Assembly (NCBI RefSeq): GCF_024521635.1
Contig: NW_026250432.1
Location: 248,001-312,000, forward strand
Source: Tricharina praecox
Lineage: Eukaryota
Direction of reading: 5' to 3'
DNA length: 64,000 nt
Part shown: positions 25,324 through 36,358 of the stretch, one piece after another
Layout of the letters: each line of letters begins with the position of its first letter
How positions within the stretch are numbered: the first letter of the stretch is position 1
Notes under the pieces: model-generated
What the model was told of the DNA's origin: nothing
What the model saw: only the letters and a program-made list of their open reading frames with translations
Databases searched by the model: none
Made by a program: the position numbers and the translations under genes

Positions 25324-28300
25324 AAACTTGAGCTCGCTCGCCACCTGTTAACATGCAGTTCTTGAACAAGTGTTGGGCCCTTGTCCGATGCTTGGACTTG
25401 CTGCATTACCATCACTGGTCATTGTCTCGCTGCTCATTGGAGAGCTCCTCCCGATACCATTACCCAGCACTCCTCCGGATACCGAGTGATACCGCATGGT
25501 ACCATGGAGCTTTACCTTTTTTCCATGTAACTGGTGCCTGGAGGCTCGACACGGAAGATGCTCCCTTTATGATTTATGGAATCTCTGACTCTCTGCGAGT
25601 GCATCTGTAACTCCAAGCCTTGACGACAACCTCCCTCCCTACCTCCCTCCCTCCCTCCCTACCTCCCTACCTACTGCTGCCTACATCCTACCATTTCCAG
25701 CCTCCAGCCTACCGGCAAAGCCGCAAGATCGAGGACTCGTCCCGTCCCAGACCGTCTTTCATCACCATCACTCGGAATGCAAGCCGGATCGCCCCTTGGA
25801 GGCTGGACTGTATCGCGGTTGTCCGTACGGCGTGCGGCCTGCGGCCTGCGGCGTACCTATCGATTGGCACAGCAGCGGTCCGAGGTTTCGGTTGATAGGT
25901 TTATATGTACATAAATAATACATTCAAGGTTCCTGACGGGGTACTCAGTGTGTAGTGTGTAGTGTGCAGGGTGAATACGACGTATGATACCTACCAGGTT
26001 CGTACCTAGGCGCAACTCCCAGCTATCGAGAATCGCCGCTCGCGAGGCCGCATGCTACATACATACATAACCGTGCCGGCTAACTAACTAGGCCACATGC
26101 TATACAAGTAGTTAACTGGGCCGCGCCGGCTATGCCGCAGAAGTTCATTTATGTATAGTACATACGCCAGTGGTCGCCGCAACTCTGGGCCCTCGGGGTA
26201 AGGGGGGCGGACCCCAAAGCAGTGGGATCGCGAGATCGCAACGGGGTTCTTCTCCTTCTTCTTCTCTTTGGGGCATAGGAAGCTATGTGTCGAGACAGAG
26301 GGAGAGATGTGGCGTTTACTAGGTACCTGTACCTAGTGGCCTGTAGGTGCAGTATGTACATAACAGTGGGACGGGGGACGTAGGGGGGGCGACGGGCGAC
26401 GGGAAGATGTCCTGACATGCGAATGGGGGCTACATACTATAGTTGTATGTACATACTGTACATGTGTTGCACCCGCCTGCGCGTCTATACGAGTATACTT
26501 CGATGGGTGGATGGATCATGGGTGGATGGATCATGAGTGGATGGATCATGGGTGGATGGGTGGGTTTGCGGACATGAAATCGGACAGTCTACAGATGCTA
26601 CGTAAGTAATTTGCTGTGAGGTATTATAGGGAGTATTATCCTCCAGCGTCCAGCGAGGTGATCCAGCGAGGTGATGCCGAGTATACCGTAGTTGACAGTT
26701 GAAGCTCACCGGAAACTCGTCGGCCGGCCGGTTGGCCGGTTGCGGAGTTGCCGCCACGGGGCGTTGGTACCGGTATTAGCTAGCTAGAACCGTCCAGCCG
26801 GTCGCCGGATGATGTTGCATCATGAGCGATCGCTCGACCAGCGCTCTTGTGGTTTTTTTCTTTTTCCATTCGAGAATGGAGAATAACTACAGTACCCGAG
26901 CCACACGCGTGGGAATATTGGGCAAGTTGGTTAGCCACTGCCACTTCGCCCCCATGTATGAGGCATGTACGGATATCCGCTCGTCGATGGCGACGATGGA
27001 TGCACGCACTCCAGCTCCAGGCGGGGTAGTTAGAATCAGGCGACTACTAGCAACTACAAGGGCCCATGGGGCCATCTAATTTGCGCTCACGGCATAGGCG
27101 GCGGACTGCAACAGCAACAGCAACAGTGGCATCACAAGACTGCTCTGTGAACTGCTCCTCTGTGCTCTGCGCCGCACGGTAATCGTTCGCGGGGCTGGGC
27201 GGGGCCAGTGAAGTGAGGGGCAGAACCGAAAATGGCGCGGGGAGGGGGAAGACGAGCGAAACAATGGATGGATGAACGCTGAATGAATGATTATGGGGCA
27301 GCAGTTCGGTCGGCAGAAAGAACGCGCGCGGCGGGGTAGTTGGACGTGTGTGGGAAGGGCTGCTAGTAGGTACTAGTAGGTAGCATGCCTCATGCACCTG
27401 TGAAGGCTGGGGCTGCAGTGCTAGTTAGTAGAGTACTAGTTAGTAGAGTACTAGTTAGTAGAGTACTAGTAGTTGAAGCGGAGTTGCGACCCATGTGTTA
27501 CCAGGGCAACAGCCGTACATAGGCGCCGGGTGTGGTGCGGGCGGGAGGGGAAGTTGGGGAAGGCTGTGGTTCAATGACCGTTTGAAAGCCCCGCCTTCCC
27601 CCAACTACATACCCCACGGGTTCGAACGGACATTTGAAATCCCCACGATATATTCGTGTCATGATCACGATTCAGCGTCGACAACCCAGACGAGGAAAGA
27701 AATTTTTCTTTCATTTTTTTCTTCGCGGTTGCGCCGTCCGGCAATTCCAGGTGCGCATGCAAGATTGAGTGCTCGATCTTGATGACGACGGTTGGACTGC
27801 TCCTGCTCAGCATATTTCTGTTTTTCTGTCTGTCATCCTTCCCTTCTCTCGTCCGGCTAAACCGATTCGGCTGCGGGCCTGCGGCGAGACAAGAGCCGCC
27901 TGCGCGCGATCGTGCGATGCGACTGAGACTGCGGAAGAAGATGAAGAAGAAGTAGGCAGATGTTTGTTGCGCGATCCATCCATCCATCCCGGGATTCAAT
28001 CGATCAAAGCGGCATGAGTAGAGTACTCGACAGAGCAAGTCGTTACCATCACCATCGCAGAGACATGTATGTACTATATGTGCTGCTTATGTACTATACA
28101 CAGCCAGCCATCTAACCAACTACGGTGCACCGCCAACTACGGCAGCGGCTCGATGTGGGTGTTGCCGACGGCACAATCTAATCTGATCGCTGCGATGTGC
28201 AAGCAGCCTGCAAGAGGGGCACCGTCAGACGCAGCCGGCCCGATTGGCTGCTGGCCGTGGGCGTCCTGCCAGCCCTCACGAGTCACAGTACGCTTCGGTC

Positions 28301-29290
28301 CAGTCCTGACAGTGGTTCGGCCCAACCCCAACCCAATCCCCAACCCCCAATCCCCAATCCTCATCGACCCGATATACCCCACGGGCTTCCTGCTGCTCTT
28401 CCGACCGTTGTCCAACGACTGTTCTCAGGCCTCGTCGCATTCCCACCCGTCGCATGTGTTGCTGTTGCTGGGGACGGCGTCAACTCGCCGACAGCATCAG
28501 CATCAGCATGTGCATGTGCAGCCTTTTAAAGGGCCTAGGAGCTGGCTATTTCCTCACAATCGGCCGCCATGGCCAGGATCGAAACTCAGGTTTAGGGTTG
28601 CTTCTTCCACCGTCCACCCCTCCAATGTCCACCCCTCAAACCCCTCCCATCCCCCCCCTCCACCACTCCACCACTCCACTGCTCTGCACCGTCCGCGCAC
28701 GGTGTCGTGTCACTATGTCAACGGGGAGCTTTCGCCCTTCTTCAGGAACCGGTCACCGCTCACGTATGGCCACTGCTCGCCGCTGGGTGGCCGTGCATGG
28801 GTGTCGTGCAAATTGATTGATTGCGTCGGTCTGTCTGTCGGTTCGGTGCGGTAGGAAAGTCACGATCCCCCGATCAGGAATGACGACAACAACGTGTGCG
28901 CTGCAGAGAGGTTTTTAACTATCGCGGATCGCTGGTTGGTGGCCGCGGTGACGCAGCGCCATGCTTCCCCCCACCACCAAAACTTGACTGGCGCGATCGA
29001 GAGTTAATACTTCTCGTCTGTCTGCCTGCCCCGTACATAGGTAGACTAGCTCCTCGTCAACCCCTCGGAAAAACCGCCAGTATCGCTGGGAAGAAGATTC
29101 ACACTTCGATCTGATCCGCCCGCCGTCTCGGAAACGTCAAAAGTCAAGGATAGCCCCCCCCTCGGTTGAATCCCTACAGCTCGAAGCCACTCCTACATAC
29201 ATACCCACCACCACCTCCACCTCCACCACCATCACCGTCGCCTAAACTTAGTTGTTGAACCCTGGATCCCACCCCCCCTAAGAATCGACA

Positions 29291-30657
29291 ATGACGACGG
29301 AGGCTCCTCGCTTCGTGTTTGCCTTCGGGCCAACTCAGGACAGTTACTTCATCGGTTGTGGCGAGGAGATGGAATGGTGAGACACGCCTGCTCCACACTC
29401 TCTCACTCGCCCAAACTCATGGTTTACGCAGGAACAACCTGCCCTCCGACCTCGAATCCGTCCTCATCAATCGAGCATCTTCCGTCATCACCATATCCCT
29501 CGGTGAGGATGACGCGTTCTACTGCCGTTACATCTCACGACGAGATGATTGCGCATATACAGGTTCGTCCATCACCGGCTCGCTTCCTCCATCTGCTCAC
29601 CACTTGCATTGATACTGACACCTTCTCCTCTATAGCTACCGGGAACCTACCATCGAACCTCTCCTTCCTTCTTTCAAGTTGGTTCGCCGATCCCCAAGAA
29701 CTACCTCATATCGCCTTCGGACCTGGTGGCTCCTTCTTCTTCCAGTCATCAGCACTGGCAGCCTGGGAACACCTCCCGCGACACCTCGACACTCTGCTGA
29801 ACGAGTTACGGGAGTCCCGAGGTATCGCGATACCAGCTCGGTCGTTATCCATCGGAGAGAACGGAAGCTTCGTGTTCCTCACCGGTGCCGACGGAGAAAT
29901 CCCTGTGTGGAACGACATCGATGCCGAGCTCGCACACCGCCTCAGCGGGGATGAAGAGAGGATCACTGTCGAGGTGAATATCCCCCCTCCCCCTCCCGCA
30001 TACTATGGAGTCAAGCAATAGAATACTGACTTGTAGCCGATTGATTAGAGCACAGCATTATCGTTGGCAACACGAGAAGACTATCTCATCGTTTTCTCCG
30101 ACGGCTCGATATTCTACTCTGTGCCCGACGACCTAGTACCCGTCGTCCAACGCTTCGTGCGGACCTACCACCTCGCCCTACAAGAACACGAGCACCTGAT
30201 GGCGTGCCTCAACATGTCGCGACCCGCCAGTCCGCGAGCGGAGATGGCCGCCACGATGGCGGCCATGGCAACCAAATGCGCCACGCAGATGGACCATCCG
30301 TTCAGTCTCGAGTTGCCGGACGGCATACTCGGCTGGGACGAGGAAGTCATCACGCGGTTCATCGAAGAGGCCGTGGGTGTAAGCCGGAGTGAAAATACCA
30401 CACCGACGAGTTCCTCGCAGGAGCGAGATATGATACGGCATACCCCACAGACCCCAGTGTATCCATCGTATCCGTACTCGGGGGGCAGACGAGCAATCGG
30501 CAGTCCCCTGGCCAAAAAGCCGCTCGACGCGCCAATAGCCATGCGCGGCCGCGGCTCGGGAACGGATTATGCCGCGAACTGGGTCGAGAGCCAGGGGATG
30601 CATATGTACGATCCGTTGGGAATGCAGTTGACTCATGGAATGGTGATTGAGCTGTGA
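29291..30657 (+). CDS. Hypothetical 4-exon protein with about 5 degenerate internal repeats; introns 29377-29431, 29563-29635, 29974-30048
   Basis: Three GT-AG introns join MTTEAPRFVFAFGP to the 30064-30657 ORF in one continuous frame; recurring hydrophobic-G-x3-aromatic...W-x2-LP-x2-L motif. Confidence 0.8.
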
Positions 30658-31842
30658 TTGTGATAATGTGTTTTTTCTTTGTGCTTCTACCTGGAGTTTT
30701 TCGTGTCTTTGCAAAGCGGGTTGCTTATTTGGGGTGTATCAAAATCCTTAGATGATTTGGTCTGGTCTGGTCGGGTCGGGTCTGTTTTTTTTCGTCTTCC
30801 TTTTTTTTCTTTCTTTCTCGGATGGGGGGCCTAACGACCGTCATGATTGATTATGAATGTGTGCGTTTGCGCCGCAGCATGTGCTTTGGCTTCTTCTGCT
30901 TCCCGTGCCTTACTTCCTTCCTTTCTTGCGTGCGTAGTTACTGCGGATAGGATGGATGGAAAAAATGAACGAGCGTTGAGTACCGTACCGTACACGATAC
31001 CTACAATACCTCCTAACTCACCTCCGGGGAAACCGAACCGCAACAGCCGCCAAAAAAAGTGCGAAAAAGCGTAAATCTGTCCCTTCAGGGAAGAATCCGA
31101 TCCCACCTGCGATCCAGATGGGTGCAATCACAGTCGTAGAGCGATCTGGGGGTTTTCCCTGCATCAACAAACGGACGGCAACGGGAAAGTCTGAGGCATC
31201 AGCTGGTTAGTAGCATAGTTAGTACCATAGTTATAGCAGTAGCGGGAAGAGATGACGGAGCTCGCAGGATGCTGGTGCACGCAGGGAGCACAGCACGCAG
31301 GGACCAACGGGAACGGGAACGGGAGCGGCCCGCTCCGCTGTCGCTGCCGAGGGTGGGGTGGAGTGTGGGGGTGGGGCGGTGGGTGTGGGAGGGGGTAAGT
31401 GTGGTAGGGGGGTGCGGGAGAGGGGGGGGGGGAGACGGGACCGATCGCATCGGAATGGACGGTGCTCTAGACTGGGTCTTTTCGGGCACGTGGCCTCGGG
31501 GGGAAGGGGCGCGAGTCATGGGGTGTGATAGGGTGATGGGGCGTGAGCGAGTCATGGGTAGTGAGTTCACGGACCTGGTTACCTGGTCACCTGGGTGGTG
31601 GGCGCACAAAGTAAGAAGTACCTATTATCTGCCTGCTTTGCACTGCTGCGGTTTCCCGTTGTACTGAGTGTTCATTCCATTTCATGTTTTGTAGATATCA
31701 TTACATATGCTGCCTTGCTTGCGTGCAGCCCAGCCCAGTTCATCCCACTCCAGCCCACTCCAGTCCACCAGCCTCGTGTCCCAGCCTCGCTTCCCCCCCC
31801 TCCCCCCAAAGACTATCTCAATCCACCACCCCCACCCCAGAC

Positions 31843-32145
31843 CTAAGGTTTAACAGAACAATACGCCCTCCCATCATACTCCTTACAGTACTGGTGGTAT
31901 GGACAGCACAGCGCCGACAGGTACGCGATGCAGCAGTACTTCTGCGTCCACGTGCCGCCGCAGCCGCCAAAGCACGTGGGTGCTGGTGCCGGGGGTGCTG
32001 GAGGTGCTACGGGTGCGGGCACTGGTGCCGCTGCGGGCTCTGCTGCGGGCGCTGGTGCAGGCGCTAGTGCGGGGCCTGGTGCGGCGGCGGGAGATGCGGC
32101 AGCGAGCGCTAGGAAGAGTGTGAGCGTGAGGACGAGGGGCTTCAT
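31843..32145 (-). CDS. Small secreted cysteine-rich protein (100 aa)
   Basis: Signal-peptide-like MKPLVLTLTLFLALAAA, Ala/Pro linker, C-terminal domain with 8 Cys; TATAAA on the minus strand about 65 bp upstream. Confidence 0.85.
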   Translation of the reverse strand: MKPLVLTLTLFLALAAASPAAAPGPALAPAPAPAAEPAAAPVPAPVAPPAPPAPAPTCFGGCGGTWTQKYCCIAYLSALCCPYHQYCKEYDGRAYCSVKP

Positions 32146-32973
32146 CTTTGCTTGAGGATGAGGAGTAGGAGCCTGAGGGAGGAGGTGGATGAGGGTGGAG
32201 GAGCGGACTTTATACCGATTGCCAGCTACCTACGTACCTACTCGCACATGTCGGCGATGATTGCGCTCACGATTCACGAACCGCGGGTTCTGGACTGCAA
32301 ATGCGGGCTACCGGGGCTCCGGTTACAGTATATAACGGTACGAACCTACAGCCTACAGGCTGGTGCTCTCGTCGCGACTCGCTTGTCTTAACTGCATTTG
32401 GATTTGGATCTGGTAGTTACAGGTATGGGTACAGGTGCACGTCGGGGTCCGCCGTGGCAACTGGCGAGGGACTCGCGACTCGCGAGGGGAGGGGAGGGGA
32501 GCTGTAGATGAGCACAGGTGTACCGTCAAGAACGTGGCGGAGTGATACCGGTTTCGCTAGACTCTGGAAGTATGTACTCGCCGTTCTACCACCTCGTCGT
32601 ACTGGTACCGGTAGTGGGCATATAAATGGTAGGGCTGCACGTGTATCACTCGAAACTCGAGAGTCGAGCCGGTAGTGTGCTACCGGTACCGACACCGACA
32701 GCCGCAAGAGGATATTTATTCCCCACCCCCAACTGTAAACGGTAAATGGTAAACGGTACAACCCGTCGTACTGTGACTTTGTAGTACTTTGGTATTCTGC
32801 ATCATGCACCCCATGACCGTGACCCGTCAATACGGTAGAATCTAGTAGACTCAACCGTCCGGTAGACTCAAGCTACCGAAATCGCTTTTGCCCTCAAATT
32901 TTAATTCTCTCCCACTGCCGGACGAATTCTGCACGGGTGATTGTAGTATTCGGATAGTCTCATGAGCTGACAC

Positions 32974-34274
32974 TCATATCAAGTCCTTACTCGGGCCCGT
33001 AGATTCTCCCACCGACCCTCTCCGCGGCCCGTGTCCGTCTGGACTCCGTATTTCGTTTCCACGGCGTTGCCGGCGAAAAATCTCCATAATGGTCCCCTGG
33101 AGACCCACAGGTACCATGTCTGCATCAACTTCCCACCCACCACAACCAACGCATTGCGAACGATGGTGTAGCGGGCGGATGCAAGTTTGCTTTTCTTCCC
33201 TACTGCTGGACTCGCGGTACTCTAGTTTAGTTATATTCTCTGACCGGCCCTTCGGGTACGTGATCCCGTTTCTTTTTTTCCTGTCTTCCAGCGGCCTGCA
33301 TTCGTCCGAAACACTCCCCCCCCCCCCCCTCCCCCCCCCAGTGCCCCTACGCACTTCCCACGGTCCTGTTCCGAAGAACGGCCGCAAATTAGTTGTTACT
33401 GACTGCTGGTCGAGAAGGAGTGGTTGATGCATGAAGATCATTTTGATCGCTGGTCGGTCAGTTAATAGCCTGGAATGAACTGATTCTTCCGTCGGGCTGC
33501 CGCTGGAGTCGCGGTGGTCGGATTTTCTGACCGGTCTTGAGGGTACGTGTCCCCCATTTTTGGTTTCCTGCCTGGATGCGTCCGCAATCAAGTTCCCATT
33601 CCTCCCCACTGGAGCTCTAAAAGACTGAATTGAAATTGCCGCAGATGATAGATTGAGATGTAGATGGTTAATGTCCTCGGATGATGTTGAGCGGTTGGTT
33701 AGTTTTCTTGCCGATATGTAGAGCGGATGCCCAGTCCACTTTGTGCCCCATAGTTTCCAACAGTCCGTGTGATATAACCACATGTCTGCATCAGCTTCGC
33801 ACCCGTCACAACCACAACCACAGCATTGAGAGCTGTGGTGCAGCGGGTGGATGCAAGTTTGATCTTCTTCCACTCTTGAGTCATGCTGGACTCGCGATAG
33901 TTGGATTTCTGACCGGCCCTTGAAGGGAATGCAGCTGATTTGCTGTTGTAGCTGTTGCCGCCAAATGGCAGACATGCTGTTGCTGATATTGTTATTTTCG
34001 CTGTTGATTCTGATTTGATATTGTGGCTATTACCGCCGATATGCTGACCTGTTGTTGCTGCTGTTTTTATTGTCGCTGATGCTGTTGATTTGCTGGTTTG
34101 CTGATATGCCTTTGCTGCTGTTTTTATTGTCGCTGATGCTGCTGATTTGCTATTGTAGCTGTTACCGCCAGATTTCTGACCTGCTATCGCTGCTATTGCT
34201 GTTATAGCTATTACTGCTGCCGCCGCCGTTGCCGTTTCATTAATTGGTTTCCAACCCGTAGGTGTATCTGGCAT
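32974..34274 (-). pseudogene. Possible decayed orphan gene with low-complexity repeats and an internal ~150-bp duplication
   Basis: Segments 33110-33255 and 33780-33922 are homologous (CIxPLHHxSQC..C..DADM) and differ by a frame-shifting indel. Confidence 0.35.
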
Positions 34275-36358
34275 AGCCCTCCACGTTTTCCCTTTCCGTT
34301 GATGCGAAGACAAAACTAAAGTTGCCCTCGCTGTTGTTGATTAGAGTAAAAAACCCGCGAAGAAGGAAGCAGTTGTTGTCTGTGGTTGCCGTGTTAGTGT
34401 GAGAAAGTTGTAGTTAGTGGCACCTGTTGTGAAGGAGCTTGTTATTGTTGGTGAAGGTCGTAGTGTTGGGAGGAAGTTGTAGTTGTTATGTTGTAGGGAG
34501 GAAGGTGGGAGGAGAAAGGTGGAAGGAAAAAGTGGGATGTGTAGGAGTGGGAGAAGAGGAGGAGGAGGAGGGGTGAAAAGAAAGCTCCTGTCCTTTTTGT
34601 GTGAGTTAGGGCTACACCCTTATTTACTAGTGGGGTCGATGCACATCTGATAAGCCCGCTAACCACAAGATTCTGTCGTGTTAGATTGGATGGGTAGTTC
34701 GAGTGAGAAGGAGAACACTAGTTTATTTCGCGATGGGTGCGAGTGATGTGAGGATATGGCGATTACTCATCCGTTTCGCGAGCCACCCGAGTCCCGGCGC
34801 CTACCTCGCCACAACTTCGCACATGCTAATCCAGTCTAGCTGCCTCAGCCGCCATAGACCACACCAAGACGCAGGGAATTCTGGGACTGTAGTCCCGTCC
34901 CGTCCCGTCCCGTCCCGGCCAGACTTTCCAGAGGACTGATCCATTCCGTCCGGAGGATGAAATGCCCGGATACTCGACAGGTACCTATAGGTACCTGATA
35001 GCATTAGCGTGCTGTGCCGACTACTAGGTTGCGGAGTAGCGGGGTTGCTACCAACAGAATTTTCAGCCTTGAGCAGAATTCTCAGTCGTCAAACGCTCAG
35101 GGGATAGACATTGCTGGAAGTAGGAACAGGGATGGTGTGAAAGTTCTATACCGTGAGAGACACTGCGAAATAGAGCTGCACAGCCACACATCCGCACACC
35201 GGCGCCACTGTGTGGTGCCACGCCGCAGGCAGTGTACTAGTGTCCCAATCAATTCCGCGCCCTGTAGGGTATCCGTCCTCATTTCTCCAGCCCGGAAGAC
35301 TGTAGTCCTTGGTCTCCTTAGCCCGACTAACTCCGTCCCGGGCCGGGCAACCTCGAAGACGGACGGGACGGACGGTTGACAGCCCTGCTGTAACGGGATT
35401 GGCGAATTTGCGCCTCGCCGCCTCCCGAGTCCATTTTTGGTTTTTGATTATTCATTGCTCGCATGTAGTCTGACTAGGGATGTACAAATCATATGCATTA
35501 TTCTCTTACTGTCGGGAAGTACGGTAAAAACATCTGTGGAGCCCTCGGATCTACTACTACATGAGAGGACGCCCGGTCCGATCTCAGGAGATGGGGTTGT
35601 GTGCCTCTCCGTTCGTTTGTTCCGACATCACCCCCCGGACGTCACATCTGATTCGGTAGTTGATGGACAATACCTTCTCCTCGAACTACCTATATGTATC
35701 TCTCCTCGGTGACTGGTCCATCCCGTCGACGTTTCCCTAATCCCGAGGAGATTACATTCGATCTATGGCTGAGATACACGAAAGATCATTCTATGGGTTC
35801 AAGGATCGGCGTGGCTTTTTTTGAGGTAGGTTCCGGCGACGCTGTTGAAGGCCGAGTGATCGGCAGTGGAGCGCCGGGGGGGCGGCGGAGGATAGAAGAA
35901 CCTAGATGTGGATTCGACATCAAGAGCCCAAGTTGATGTGGACTCCGCACAAAGAACCTAGTTTTGTCGGTTTCTACGTTGCTTCACTGTCTACATAACA
36001 GACTGTCCCTTCCATAGTATCAAACGATATTCACACTCGCATCAACAGCGTTGTCCAGCCATAGATCAACTCTAATCAAATATATGCGGGTCCTTTAATT
36101 ATACGGTATACTTAGAGCTCTCAGCTCTCAAAATCGCCTTCAAAGATAAAATTAAGTATTTCATATCCCAGAGTATTGAGAAGACGGCAGACTACTAAGA
36201 TCAAAGAAACAAGTCCCGGAATCCAATCCTTAACCCATCGCATGTTACTCCAATATATACAAGGCAAATAAGGTATTAGTGCAGCGGCGTCAACCTTTCT
36301 CCATCGACGACCGAAACATCGGCCCCAGAGTCGATCAGCAGCTGTGCAATCCCCCGTG

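Noticed and set aside
26505..27472. Short 15-bp tandem repeats (GGGTGGATGGATCAT; CTAGTTAGTAGAGTA) and frequent GTAC/CTAG palindromes
   Set aside because: Ordinary slippage repeats and a compositional bias seen throughout the intergenic DNA.
31843..31975. Hydrophobin
   Set aside because: Eight cysteines, but the order C-C-CC-CC-C-C and the short spacing do not match hydrophobins.
33940..34190. Amyloid signalling motif partner for the neighbouring NLR (GGNSYNS repeats)
   Set aside because: No matching motif in the NLR N-terminus and no HeLo, HET or gasdermin-like effector domain in this ORF.
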